From Lepidodermella squamata (taxonomy: Eukaryota > Animalia > Gastrotricha), in NCBI GenBank assembly GCA_047495785.1, contig JBLDXI010000064.1, positions 62,001-126,000 of the forward strand: DNA of 64,000 bases, read 5' to 3'. A program made the translations under genes and the position numbers. This document shows, in pieces, positions 26,061-39,169 of this stretch (its first letter is position 1; each line of letters starts with the position of its first letter). Under the pieces are notes generated by a model. That model searched no databases. It worked only from the letters and a program-made list of their open reading frames with translations, and was not told the DNA's origin.

Positions 26061-26641
26061 CCACAGTGACGCCAGGTGAAAACAAGAAATGATAAGTAGC
26101 CGCTGATGTGTGACTGATGTGTGACAGATGAGAGTTGAGATTATGTTTGCGACTGGTATGCCTGGTGCCTGGCTACGCCAATAAAGAAATGTAAATAGCT
26201 TATTGCGTTGAAATTGTTTTTCGTCTGATAACAAAATCTCTCAGATAGCGAAATGCCGCATGGGATGTTAGAAATCATTTTGTCGAATCTGCGCGAATGA
26301 TGAAATCCCGAAGAATTTTCGATTTCACGGAACAACATTCGCAATTTATGCCTCTTTTTCAAGGATAACGATTCTCTTCCATGGTTGCTTTCCACCAGTT
26401 CTGCTCAGGTTTTCGCATATTTCACAAGCTTCAAAAACATACCTTATATTTTTATTCACATACTTTTCTTGCGGAAAGAGAGCGAAGACAGGGAGAAAAT
26501 AAGTTTTAAAGATTTGGTTGCTTTTGCTGTTGAACTTAACCGACTTCATAACTGAGCACCATCAGCTTTATTGTGATGAATTTGAGATGAATGGTATTTG
26601 CCTTCACATTTTCTTGGCAAGACTCATCTAAATTGTAATTA

Positions 26642-27204
26642 CCGTATTTCTCGAAAATATACACCGGGGTATATTTGGGATTGAACGAACAATTTTTTAT
26701 GGTTGTAATCGGGGCGGGGGATATTTTCGAGGTGCGGTATATTAATGATCCATCACAAATTTCCCAGAACAAGGCTAAATAGTGCCAACGCCGCTGTTGT
26801 TTTATTTTCTATTGGACCGAAATATGATGAAGTGAGGATAAGCAAAGCTTATTTTTGTGTAAATTCAAATAATATACGATCGGACCACGTTATCAGCCAT
26901 AAATCAGTAATACTGGACGATTATTTGATAATGAATGGTCTGGACCGTGAACACAGCCTCTCCCACTTCGCCCTTCCTGCCTTTATTGGGATAACACTTA
27001 TAATATATAATATTATGCCCAGCCCAAGTTGAGCAACAGACTTATGGGGTGATTATTAAGATTTTGTTAATTTTTTACTCGCGCTCCGAGTGACGGGTTA
27101 GTAGTTAGAGGTGCGGTATATGTATGATAAAACGGAAAGTTTCGCAGGGTTGTATTCGGGGTGGGGGATATTATCGAGATGCGGTATATTTTCGAGAAAT
27201 GCGG
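26642..27204. mobile_element. Tc2/pogo-like MITE
   Basis: TA|CCGTATTTCTCGAAAATATAC ... GTATATTTTCGAGAAATGCGG|TA; internal GCGGTATA repeats. Confidence 0.85.
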
Positions 27205-27522
27205 TAAATACGCTCCATCAACACATCTTTCGGTCCGCATCAGTCAGCCTCAGGAAAGTCGAAAAAATGATTCAGAAATTAGGAAAAAGAGTTGGTAATT
27301 GCCATTTTAATCCCAATCCCAATCCCAATCCCAACTAATCCCAAGTCCCCAGTGTTGCATGTTATGTGTTATGTGCTGTTTTATTTCTCGCACTTTTTTA
27401 ACCCTGATATTTTATTTCCAATATTACTTGTTCTCCATCAAAATGTTATCACTGCAGAAGACTCTAGGACTTAATTTCTTCCTTACAAGAGCGACTGTTC
27501 AATACACTCTCTATCGGTGTTT

Positions 27523-29458
27523 TCATTTTTGACATAGATAGCCCTCTGCAGAGGACGCGTCGCAAGAGCCATCCTTCAGTTCAAGCGAACCAGACTCAAT
27601 CGTCGCTAGACCAACGCAATAGCCCAGCTGTGCACCATTCGGCATGCCTGCAGCCCAAGGCGGAATCCCAGCGTAAACGCTCCCATCGCCCCACAGCCAC
27701 GTGCCATTCACCTTTGAAAGGTCGATGTACACCCAAGACTGATGCGATTTTGCAATAGCAGCGTATGCAGCTTGAGCTTCAACCTGACTTTTGATTGTGG
27801 CCAATCGAGCGGCTGGAGACCATCTCAAACAGGCCGTTTTAGCGTTGCTTTGCAAAATAGGACCTTCTCTAGATTGCACATCGAAACCTCGGAAAATCTT
27901 GACCTAAAATTGCAAATTAAAGTAGATGACTTCTACCAAAATTCAAGGAATTCACATTTGTAATGTCTGCAAGGCAGTAGCCATGATTTTGTTGAAATAT
28001 CGACCCGTTTGAATACATTTTCGCCTGCAATAGGATAACGAAAAATGAAGAATTTAGCGGACAGATACAATTTACCTGCGTGAATGATTTCGGGCAAATC
28101 GAATAGCAAGATTTGTTTCCAGCTGCGTCAAGGCATTGAACCGCATTCTTTTCAGGAAAACATTTTTTCAAAAAAGCTGACATGAAGCTCCACAAATGAA
28201 TTACCCCAATCAAACAATTTTCGCGATTCATGTAGACGCTGGGTGAGTAAAGCTGGGTCTCGGTGTTGGCAAAGCAGCCGCTGCTTTGAGGTCGACAGCT
28301 GTTGAAAATCCCATTCGAGGAATTGAAACAACGGACGTGCTGGGTCTCGCTTGTCGGCACAGTCACTGCGAGTAACAAATTTCGATCATTCGATTTATAT
28401 AAGGCTTAAAAACACCCACATTCTCCGTTGGTACACAATGTAAGATTCATGTACACAGTCGATTCAGTTGCCTGGAAAAATCATGTAACAGTCATCGGAA
28501 ATCATGGAAAACAAAAGTAGGCCATCAGTTGGTCATATGTTACCCAATTGTTCGGACAAGTGAAATTGTTGGGGACACATGTTTGGATATCGCCGTTTAA
28601 CGTACAGCGCCTGAATTGCAGGGTCTAAGAGGGAGAGCTTTAACATATAAATCAATGTCAATAAATGGCCTTACGCTGAATCCAGCCTTTTTCGCCTCGC
28701 AAGCGTTGAAGTTGTATTTGAAGCTCAAAGTTGGCGTTGAATTTGCGAACAGGAAGAGCTGATAAACATAGGACATTATATGAAATTAGGCTGTCGTTCA
28801 AACTCTTTCGTATTACTAGTAAAGATGAGCTTGTGGTGATTAAAAAAATTAGGAACTCACATTCATTTCATCTTGAGGATTACAGCCAATGTTATTTGGC
28901 ACGCAGGACGGAGTCAGTGATTCGTATTTGTAGCACATGCGACAATTCTGTTAATATAAAGAAATAATAACGGACTATAATTCTCACGGAGGTAAATTAA
29001 ATATAACCACTATCCGAAAATCTCACGAAAACCATTTGGGAACGCGCCAGGTATCGTTCATCTTTTGTTTTAAAATTGAGAAAAAATATCGGGAAACGTT
29101 GACTGCAAGCTTTCGAGTTGATTTTATTGTTGTTTTAAGGTAACATCTTTTGCGATTGAGAAATTGTGGTATTAACAACAGAAATTCACTTACACCACGA
29201 TTGCAGCTGCCTTCCCTAGGAAAAACAGGCCCAAGCTGGAGAAGAATTTTTATAAAATTGCCGTCGTCAAATTATTGCTGAAATAACTTGAAATTGGGAA
29301 AGCGGATCACAAGCTTTGGCTGCTTTGACGCAGGACGTGAATTTAGCATTCAACTGCGAGAAGCATCGCACCCAGTTCAGCGACTTCGTTTTACTGGAAA
29401 CTGGGCTGATCAGGACCAGAACGGCCACATACAGCAAAGCAAAGTGGATGGATTTCAT
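27523..29458 (-). CDS. Gene E: secreted Cys-repeat (x5) + single CTLD protein, multi-exon
   Basis: MKSIHFALLYVAVLVLISPVSS signal, NWVRCFSQLN, HVRCFNSSNGIFNSCRPQSSGC, CTLD exon 27523-~27903 (YIDL..WLWGDGS..PPW..DGSC..YLCQ). Confidence 0.85.
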
Positions 29459-29560
29459 ATGAATCAGAATCTAGAATGACGTAGAGCGAAGTAGGACCAC
29501 AGAACTGAAAGCAAGTTTAATTCTAGAAAATCACATTAGTATTGGGTGCAACGGCCGAAA

Positions 29561-29853
29561 ATTGTCACCAATCTAGGCTATTTCTGCTTTGATCTAACAA
29601 ATTGTCACGTCCTAATTCTCTCAATTGTCCATAACGCATTCCACTGATGGCCTGATTTACATTAAGCATTGTCCTTTGTGATTCTTTGTATTTTTGCGAT
29701 TAAGGTTCTAAAACACTCTCAAATCCTGAACTAATTTGCGCCAATAATTGTCTTACAATTTGTTTTTCGTCTATTATTTTGCATTGTTTGCACTTGTGAC
29801 AATCAGGCCAATGTTATCATTTTCAATGTATTGTCCAAGGCATTGTGGACAAT
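29561..29853. promoter_or_regulatory. Putative bidirectional promoter between genes E and F with clustered GACAAT/ATTGTC motifs
   Basis: Eight GACAAT/ATTGTC copies in ~290 bp between divergent start codons 29458 and 30037. The motif is also clustered upstream of D, H and J. Confidence 0.5.
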
Positions 29854-30036
29854 ATTTTGATTGCACGCGATCGACCACCGCGTTTTTCATTAATTGGCTA
29901 AGCGTGCTCCAATCTCCAATCAACAGGATGGTTCGAAAAATCACGTTATGGCCATCTTCAAATCATTTATTCAACTTTTCAGCTGATAACAATTTAGTTT
30001 AATTTTGAAATCTTCAAAATAGTGTATTTATTACTG

Positions 30037-32572
30037 ATGTTAATCAAGTGCATCACACTGATTTTGGCGATCGCTTTTATCGGCCCAGCCTGTGCTAAAA
30101 AGAAGGCGGTTAACTGGGTTCGGTGCTTCTCGCAGTTGAATGAACAATTCACCAATTGCATCGAAGCTGCCAAAGCGTGTGATCAACTTCTCGATTTTCA
30201 GGTTAGTTTCATCTAAAAAAATAAGTTTTTATACCGCATTGGTTGTACTTCACAGTTGGGTTCAACTTTCTTCCGAGTTGGCAGCTGCTATCGCGGCGTA
30301 AGACAATTTTCTAGTTCATTTATAATCTAATTTTTCAATGTTATCTTTTAACAGAATGCCCGAATGTGTTACAAATACGAAGCGCTGACACCGTCGTGCG
30401 TACCTGGAAATATTGGCTGTAACTCGCTGGATGAGATGGATGTTAGTGATTGATGAATATCATCGGCCCTGGTTGACCGCGTTGTTTTATTTACGCTTGT
30501 AATTTCAGCTCTTCTGGTTCGGAGATCAATCGGCGACCTTGACTTTCAAATTCAACTTCAACGCTTGCGTGGCCAAAAAAGCTGCCTTCAACGTAACTGA
30601 TCTCTAAATAAGATTCGACGCATATAAAATTGAACCTTTTCATTCCAGAATCTACCATTCAGGCGCTGCACTTCCAACAACGTCACAAAAACGTGTGTTC
30701 CCAATCCTATCAATTGCCCCAACAACTGGGTTAGTTTTGTTTAATTTTTCTAATTTTCTGAAAATTGTTCAATTTTATTGCTGCTTTTAACAGGTGACCG
30801 AACCCACGGTATACCCGAACATGGCTTTGTGCACCAACGGAGAAGGTAAGCCTTAATTACGTCAAACTCCAGCCACCTCACTTAGCTGCTGGCAAGCCCT
30901 AAACTAAATTAATCATCTGTAATTGAACATCGGCGTAAATTCAGCATTTATTTCTTTCTTCTAGTCACTGTCCCGATCACTGAGACTCCGCACATCCGCT
31001 GTTTCGATGCTACGACTGACCAATTCAACGATTGCCGGCCCCGGAGCAGCGGCTGTTTCAGCAACAACGAGACCCAGAAATACTCGACAAGCGTTTACAA
31101 CAACCGAGACAACTGTCTTCTTGGGGTGAGACACTTTGTTGTTTCTATTTCTTAATGAAAATAGTATTGAACCACTGACAGAAAGCTATTCGGTGCTTGG
31201 ATTCTGCTGGAAACAAGTCTTGCTACGCGATTTGCCCGCGATCCTTCACTCAGGTTAGTTTTCCGAATATCTCTTTTGCCCTAATCACGAATGTTTCAAC
31301 TCTTTATAGGACACGCTGTATTCAAACAGTCAAAGTTTCCAAGCCAACCATGACGATTGTCGAGCTGCTTTGGCACCGCCAGTGAGTTCAGAAAAAAATC
31401 ATCACCGTACTCTACTATATTATTCAATTCCAGCAGGTTTCGCCCGGCTTTGTTCGCTGTGTTAACAAAAACGACAGCTCAGTTCGTTGCGTGACCAGCA
31501 CTACAGGTTGCGATGCCGCCACGGAAGATCGCATCCCGAATTATCGTCGTTTCGACGATCAAGACAAGTGCGCGAAAGCCGTGAAGAGATTTGTAATCCA
31601 GCCGACAGGTGCAAACCGCGATGAAAGCCAAGCGGCTTGCCAATCGATCAACGGCTCGCTGGCTATACTCAAATACGGCTCGTTGCTGAGCGATGACACT
31701 AGGCGAGAGCTGGATCTAGCCTTGAAAACACTGGTTGAAGGCGCCGTGACAGTAAACTCCACGATATCTGCTTGGCTGGGTCTCAGCCAGGAGAATGGCG
31801 TTTTCGCATGGATAGATGGCTCGAACTTCACCTACGACGAGGAGCTGTGGGAGACGCAACCGCAAGATGGCTGTGTTGCCTTCATTCCTACGGAGGATGA
31901 GGACGCTTCGCAACAATACGTCTATAATTCATTCGCTTGCAGTACCATCATGCCTTATGCCTTATGCGAAAGATACGCGAATGAACCGCCCGTGCGTTTT
32001 CTTCTTTGTTCCACGAGTTATTTCATACAGTGGGTAGCATGGTTTCCCCTAGATAGGCAATAATAAGAAATATATTTAAATCTTTCATTCTTTTCGATAG
32101 AAATCTTTCCACGCTCAGCCTGGTTTTAGTCCAGACACCCAAACAATCGACACCGCAAGATCAGATTGTAATCAGCTAGCCCCGTTATCGCGATTGGCCA
32201 TAATAGCGAACTCCACTGAAGCCCAGGCGGTTTACACGGAGATGTTGGAAAGCGAGGTACTGATGAGCGGGGTAAATACTAAGTTTGAACTGTTTAATTT
32301 TTTCAAAGTTTGGACCGATGACCGAGAGCTACATCGATCTATCGGAGACGAACGGCCAGTGGGTGTGGGGTGATGGCTCGGCCTATGCTGGCGTACCGCC
32401 CTGGGCGGCGGGTTCGCCTGACACGCAGCAGCTGAATTGCCGAATCGCTATCGCAACAATCGAATCAGGCGCTTTGGTACTGAGAGACAGGCCGTGTAAT
32501 CAGTTTTACGATGTCAAACTCATATGTCAGAGTTACGACTTTTGGCCACCCGTTGATTACGAATGGATTTAG
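30037..32572 (+). CDS. Gene F: secreted Cys-repeat (x6) + two CTLDs, ~12 exons
   Basis: In-frame splicing by eye: signal peptide, six 4-Cys modules, CTLD1 (AWLGL..WIDGS..WETQPQDGC..ALCE), CTLD2 (YIDL..WVWGDGS..PPW..LICQ). Confidence 0.88.
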
Positions 32573-33304
32573 AGACAACTGAAAAAATGCAGTACATGTG
32601 AGATGGTGAGAGATGATAAAAAGTTGTACTGTTGGTTCCTTGGCTGAATTTAAAGAATAAATATGGAAAAGCGAATCACAGTTTTGATGCTTTGAATTAT
32701 CCAGATTTCAGGTTCTTACAAACATTTTCAATGTGCAGATCAATGAATCACCGAAAGAGTCTCAAAATGGCTCTCGAGCGAAAACTGATAGTGACAAGTC
32801 AAAAATCTATTGTTTTAGCCTCTTCATTCAAGTCGAAAAGCCGCTTTTTACTTGTCACCCATCCGTTGTGACCTTGAAACGGATATAAACAAGCCTAAAT
32901 CCGAGTTTTTCAACGTCGCTACCGAAATATCAAAGTCATATGAGAATTCCGCATGATTTTAAAGCGCAAATTACGCTAAGCCAGCTGAAAGGCATTTTCC
33001 CGTTCGAATTCTCTGTGATCTGAATTGTGACCTGATTAGCGCCAATAATTGTCGCTCGTCTTTTTAACTTGTATTTTTTGTATTTTTTGGACATTAAATA
33101 ATAAATCAAGGTCAGGTCGAGTGTTATTATTGTCACTCGACGCTGAATTTTTTGTCCAAAGCATTGCGCTCATTATCTCTGAAAGCCGCGTGCTTGCCAG
33201 CTGTGTTTCAAAGACCAATTATAGATCGATTCCGAACAGTCCTCATACATTCCAATTTCCATTCAGAAAATAATTCTAGTTTGGTTGGATTTTCAGTTTT
33301 TCTG

Positions 33305-36300
33305 ATGTTAAGAATCAAATATGTTGCCCTGCTGCTGGCAATCGCTGTGATTGGCCCAGTCAGCTGTGTTCGAAAGAAGGCTCTCAACTGGGTTCGGTGC
33401 TTCTCGCAGTTGAATGAACAATTCACCGACTGCATCGAAGCTGCCAAAGCCTGTAATCCACTGCAAGATTTTCAGGTGATTTTTCATCTCAATATTCAAA
33501 TTCATTCTTATGTAAGGTCAATTTCTCAGTTAGGGCCAATTTTCTTACGAGCTGGCAGCTGCTATCGCGGAGTGAGAAAATTTCATAATTCACTGTTAAA
33601 AGACATTGGAAAAAACAATTTTGAAAAAATATTCTTTTGAATTCCAGAACAGTCGAATGTGTTACAAATACGAAGCGCTGACCCCGTCGTGCGTACCTGG
33701 AAACATCGGCTGTAACGCGCTGGATGAAATGAATGTGAGTTATAGATTTTGGTGATGAGCAATTTTCAATTTCTGTCGCTTCGTACGAAACAAAAGAATT
33801 TGAGCAGTTTCATTCTTGGTTTAACGTTTCAGCTCTTTTGGTTCGCAAATCAATCGACGACGTTGACTTTCAAATCCAACTTCAATGAATGTGTGGCCAA
33901 GAAAACCGCTTTCAGCGTAATTTTTTCAGCCACAATTCCTCGTACTTAGGAATTCCACTCAACCCTTTATTTTAGAATCTACCTTTCCGGCGCTGCACTT
34001 CAAACAACGTCACAAAAACGTGTGTTCCTGTTCCATTCAATTGCCCAAACAACTGGGTATGGTTCTCTTCGAATATTTTAACCCTTTTAATGCTGTTTTT
34101 CAACAGATGACACAACCAATGATATATCCGAGCATGGCTTTGTGCACTAACGGTGAAAGTAAGCATCGATTACATCGAAGCTCTTCGTTCTTGGGATTGA
34201 ATTATCAAAGGATTTCAAGTTATTTGCTAGTTTACATATCTGAATCGTTGAAAATTGCCAAGAAATAGGCAGTAGTTCGCCATCTTTGATAACAGCTTCA
34301 TTCTCCCAATTTTAATCTTATTCTACTAAATTTGCAACGAATTTTGGAAATAAATGGGACAAGGTGCAAAGAGGTTTAAAAGTTGAAATGTATGGAATTC
34401 AGCATTAATTTTCGTAATTTCCCTTTATGGCTTTTAACTAATTTCGCATTTCGCACCATCAGATAATTTCGTTTCAGTATCGCACTAGTAGCATTCCCGA
34501 GAAATTTCTGAGAATGTCAGCCAAAATCAGCTGAATAATGAAAATATTTTCATTTCTTGCTTCTAGTCACTGTCCCGATCACTGAGACTCCGCACATCCG
34601 CTGTTTCGATGCTACGACTGACCAATTCAACGATTGCCGGCCCCAGAGCAGCGGCTGTTTCAGCAACAACGAGACCCAGAAATACTCGATGAGCGTTTAC
34701 AACAACCGAGACAACTGTCTCCTTGGGGTGAGACACTTTTGTTGTTTCTATTTCTTAATGAAAATAGTATTGAACCACTGACAGAAAGCTATTCGGTGCT
34801 TGGATTCTGCTGGAAACAAGTCTTGCTACGCGATTTGCCCGCGATACTTCACTCAGGTTATTTTTCGAGATAACTCTGCATTTTTCCTCATTAAAAATTT
34901 GTAACTAAATAGGACACGCTATATTCGAGCAGTCACAGCTTCCAAGTCAATCATGACGCTTGTCGAGCTGCCTTAGCACCGCCTGTGAGTTCAATAACAA
35001 ATTTTTTGATTAATTTGATTATGATTAATTTTTGAACATTTAAAGGAGCAATTTTTTCGGCAAAAATCAATAGTTAACCAGATATTTTATGATTATTAAC
35101 CAAGGGAAGCTTACGAATTCTGCGCTTTCCATAGGCCTCAAAGCTCACTGAATAAACACGATTGCAACAAATAGTCTTTAGTTACTTGGTAGTTATACAG
35201 GAACAATAAATTGAAAAATTTAAGAGATTTGTTGCTATATTTCTTCTGTATTTCTTCAGGTTTTGACTAGCTTCGTTCGTTGCGTTAACAAAATCGACAG
35301 TTCGGTTCGATGCGTGCAGACAGATTGCGATGCAGCCACCGAAGATCGCATCCCGAATTATCGTCGCTTCGATGACCAGGAAAAATGTGTCAGAGCTGTG
35401 AAGAGATTCGTAATCCAGGCCACAAATGCAAATCGCGATCAAAGCCAAGCTGCTTGCCAATCGATTGGAGGCACGCTTGCAGTGCTAAAGTACGGCTCGC
35501 CGCTGACGTACGACAATAGTGAAGAGGTGGATCTATCCATTGAAGCACTGAAAACGGGCGAGAATGTAAGAAATTGAAAACCGTAATTTTATGACGATAC
35601 GAGATCGATAATTCAACAGAGCGGACTGCCGGCTCCAATATCTGCTTGGTTGGGTCTCAGTCGAGAGAATGGCGTTATGACGTGGATGGATGGTTCAAAC
35701 TTCACCTACGACCAGCAGCTGTGGGAGACGCAACCGCAAGATGGCTGTGTTGCCTTTGTAAAGGCTCAACTAGAGGAAGCCGAGAAAGAGTTCGTCTACA
35801 ATTCATACGCTTGCGACACCATTATGCCTTACGCGTTATGCGAGAGATACGCCATCGGCCCACCTGTGAGTTTTCACGAGCAATTTTCCAATTTACCAAT
35901 TCGGCATCTTTGACATGAAAGCATATGAAAGAATTCTGTTTGTTTCTTGGGCTAAATAATTCATAAGACTTTTTTATGACAGCGTAACAAGACGTTCCAC
36001 GCTGTAATGAGCTGGAGTCCAGGCGCGACAACGATCGACAGCGCGAGATCTGTTTGCCTTGTGATAAAAAAGTTGACGCGACTGGCAATAATAGCTAACG
36101 CTTCCGAAGCTCAAGCTGTTTACGACGAGATGTTAGGAAATGAGGTACAGATGAAGGGTTTGGATGCTAAGTTTGAATTAAAAGTGTTTTATTTTTTTCG
36201 AAGAATGGACCGATGACAGAAAGCTACATTGATCTATCGGAGACGAACGGCCTGTGGGTGTGGGGCGATGGTTCGGCCTATGCTGGCGTACCGCCCTGGG

Positions 36301-36467
36301 CGTCAGGATCTCCCGACACGCAGCAGTTGAATTGCCGAATCGCTATTGCAACTATCGAATCCGGCGCCTTAGTACTGAGGGACAGGCCGTGTGATCAGTT
36401 ATACGAGGTGCAACTCGTGTGTCAGAGTTACGAATATTGGGCACCCGTTGAGTATGAATGGATTTAG
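33305..36467 (+). CDS. Gene G: close paralog of F, Cys-repeat (x6) + two CTLDs
   Basis: MLRIKYVALLLAIAVIGPVSC signal; exon-by-exon match to F; extra 54-bp intron at 35566-35619. Confidence 0.88.
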
Positions 36468-37274
36468 AGTAAATTTCCTGATTAAATGAGATAATGAGAA
36501 GTGAGAAAGACTTGTACTGTCATATTGTGATTCCTTCAGCCAGCTTTTAAAATAAAATAGGAACTTCTAAGGATTCGATTAAATTCAGGTTCGTAAAAGC
36601 ATTAATCGATTAGATAATTGATTCGGCAATTTTATCCATCATTTTGCTGATTAAATAGGTGAATCGAAAGCAAAGAATCGAAGAATAAAAACAGAAAACA
36701 GTCTGGAACATTCAGAAAGAATGGCCTCAATGATAATCAAAAGAAAAAAAAATTGAATATTTTCTCGGCAGGTTAATTTAATAAATTATTGGTTAAATTT
36801 TGCAAATGAAATTTTGAAATTAATCAACTGTTTCAACTAGCTGATTAATAGTTTCTGAGTACGGGAATCGACAATTTTAATGTAAATAATCAACATAGTC
36901 AGCTATATTCGCAATAATTTGGAAGTAAACTTTTTTGTAAATTGTTGAGGCAGTTCTTGTCAGGCAGGTGCTGGCATTTTCTTCAAAATTTTATAGAAAA
37001 TTGGCCTTTTGCTGTGTAAACAAGACTTTGAGCCCCTAATCCGGCCGGTTTATACCACCAATCCGGTTTAGACAATAACATTATAAAGTAAAGTCCACAC
37101 TTTCGAGCCACCCGAAATCGTCCGATTTAGACCGGTCCGGTTTGAAAAACTCTCACTGTAAATAGAAAATCTATTCACGGATCAGATAACTCATTATTTA
37201 TTTCACTTAGAATATCGTATCATTTTCACATCGTCTTCCAACTCACTTCACGGTACATTCTTTCTAGATAACAA

Positions 37275-39169
37275 TCACGAAAACTTCTCGCACAAGACTT
37301 GATGCGTTCTATCTGTGCAGGAGTACGCTTCAAAATAAAATCCGGATAGGTTCTCGGTATAATGAATACCAGCGCAGCCATCAGGGTTCAGTCCAAGCCA
37401 CTTCGATTGAGCGTACGGAGCATCAGAGCCATCGTCCCATTTGAGAGCACCGTTTTGCCGGACAAGAGCGACCCAAACATAAAAGCTTGGGTCCAGCACT
37501 TGCAAGGCCGCAGCCATCTCAGCGTCTGACCGAATCGTCGCTATCGCAGCATTCTTTTCAATGCATTTCAACGTGGCGGCGATTTTGTCGCCTCCGTCTT
37601 TACCAAGGTCCTCCATCGAGTAACTCTTGACAACAGCCTTGCAACTGTCTTCGGTCGTATAGGCGACATCGGCCGGCCTTCTCAGCTGGGTTGCCGCATT
37701 GCAGTCTGTTGACTCGGTTACGCAATGACTCGTCCCGTCACTGACGTCGACGCAGCGGAAGTAAACAGACTTTAAAATATGCAAGAGTAAATTTCATCAG
37801 TACTGTGACATAGGAACAAATATAATTGATAGCCAACTCACAGGGGGCGATACATCCTTCATACACTTGTCATGATTCAATTGAAAGGACTGTAAGCCGG
37901 AGAAAAGCTTGTCCTGTTATCGAAAAACATGTGAACGCGCATACTTATCGCATCAACTAAACCGGGTTGACCGGAGCTTTGCCTGTGTTTGGTCTTGGGG
38001 ACAGGTTGCGTAGCAAGACAGTCGTCCAGATGAATCTTCGCACGAAACGGCATTCTGTCAAACAAGACCAACCTAATTAATTGTCAAAACAGAAAAAGAA
38101 TGACTTACTCCTAGCATGCATGCCGCACGGTTGATGTAGACTTTGTTTGAGTACTGCTGAGTCTCATTGCTGGCAAAACAGCCGGGGCTTTGCGGACGGC
38201 AGTCGTGGAATTTGCGAGATGTCGAGTCAAAACAGCGGACGTGAGGCTTTTCGCTAATCGGAACTTTGACTGAAATTCATGAAAAGTCATTAAAATCGCT
38301 AAGGACATTATTAAAGTTCAAAGGTGATTTCGCCGTTTTCCCCAAGTTTTCACACTCATATAGCAGTAATAACGTACCTAATCCATTGGTGCAAGACGTG
38401 AGATTGGGATACAGATTTGAATCAGTTGGCTGCTGGGGAAACTAATCAAAGAATAAAATAATCAAATGAATAACCATTCAGAAAGCTGAGAAATAGCTCA
38501 CCCAGTTTTCAGGGCATTGATATGGGTCGGGCACACAAGTTTTGATGACGGTTTCCGACATACAGCGCCTGAATTTCAAAGTCTGAAACATGACGTTATG
38601 CCAAACTTCCATTCAGTGCTTGAATTCTCACCTCGAATGCAGCTTTCTTTTTCTCGCATTCATTGAGGTTGTTTCTCAAGCTGAACGGCGGCTTTGCAAG
38701 GTCAAACCAAAATGTCTGAAGCAATGAGTTTGATGGGCAATATCAATTGTTGATGAAAATTCTTACATTCACATCACCTGGGTTGTTACAGCCGACGTTT
38801 CCAGGTACGCAGAATGGGGTGAGAGCCTCGTATTTGTAGCACATCCTGGCATTCTAGAGACAAATTGAAATTGGAATAACAAAAGATGCCATCAAGTTGC
38901 TGATGACTTAACAGACCCCGGTGTTGCAACTGCCGGTTGATCGGAAACTCGTTCCCCACTATTCGAAGAGCATGCTTAAACTATCTTGAAGAGAAATTTG
39001 ATTCGTGGAAAACCTGGTAATCTTTGAGCGGATCACAGCCATCGGGTTCGCAGCTAGTGAATCGATTGCTCTGCTGCGAGAAGCATCGAGCCCAGTCACC
39101 CCCGTAAGCCGAGTCGCATGATGCGAGCAGAAGTGCCAAAAGCACAAAATTACAGTAAAAACCAGCCAT
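37275..39169 (-). CDS. Gene H: secreted Cys-repeat (x6) + single CTLD (CTLD1 type)
   Basis: MAGFYCNFVLLALLLASCDS signal, WARCFSQQSNRF, terminal exon SVYFRCVD..WVAL..WDDGS..VLCEKFS. Confidence 0.88.

Noticed and set aside
27308-27345. (AATCCC)n as telomeric repeat
   Set aside because: Only about four units, internal, and not the TTAGGC/TTAGG(G) motif; a simple microsatellite.
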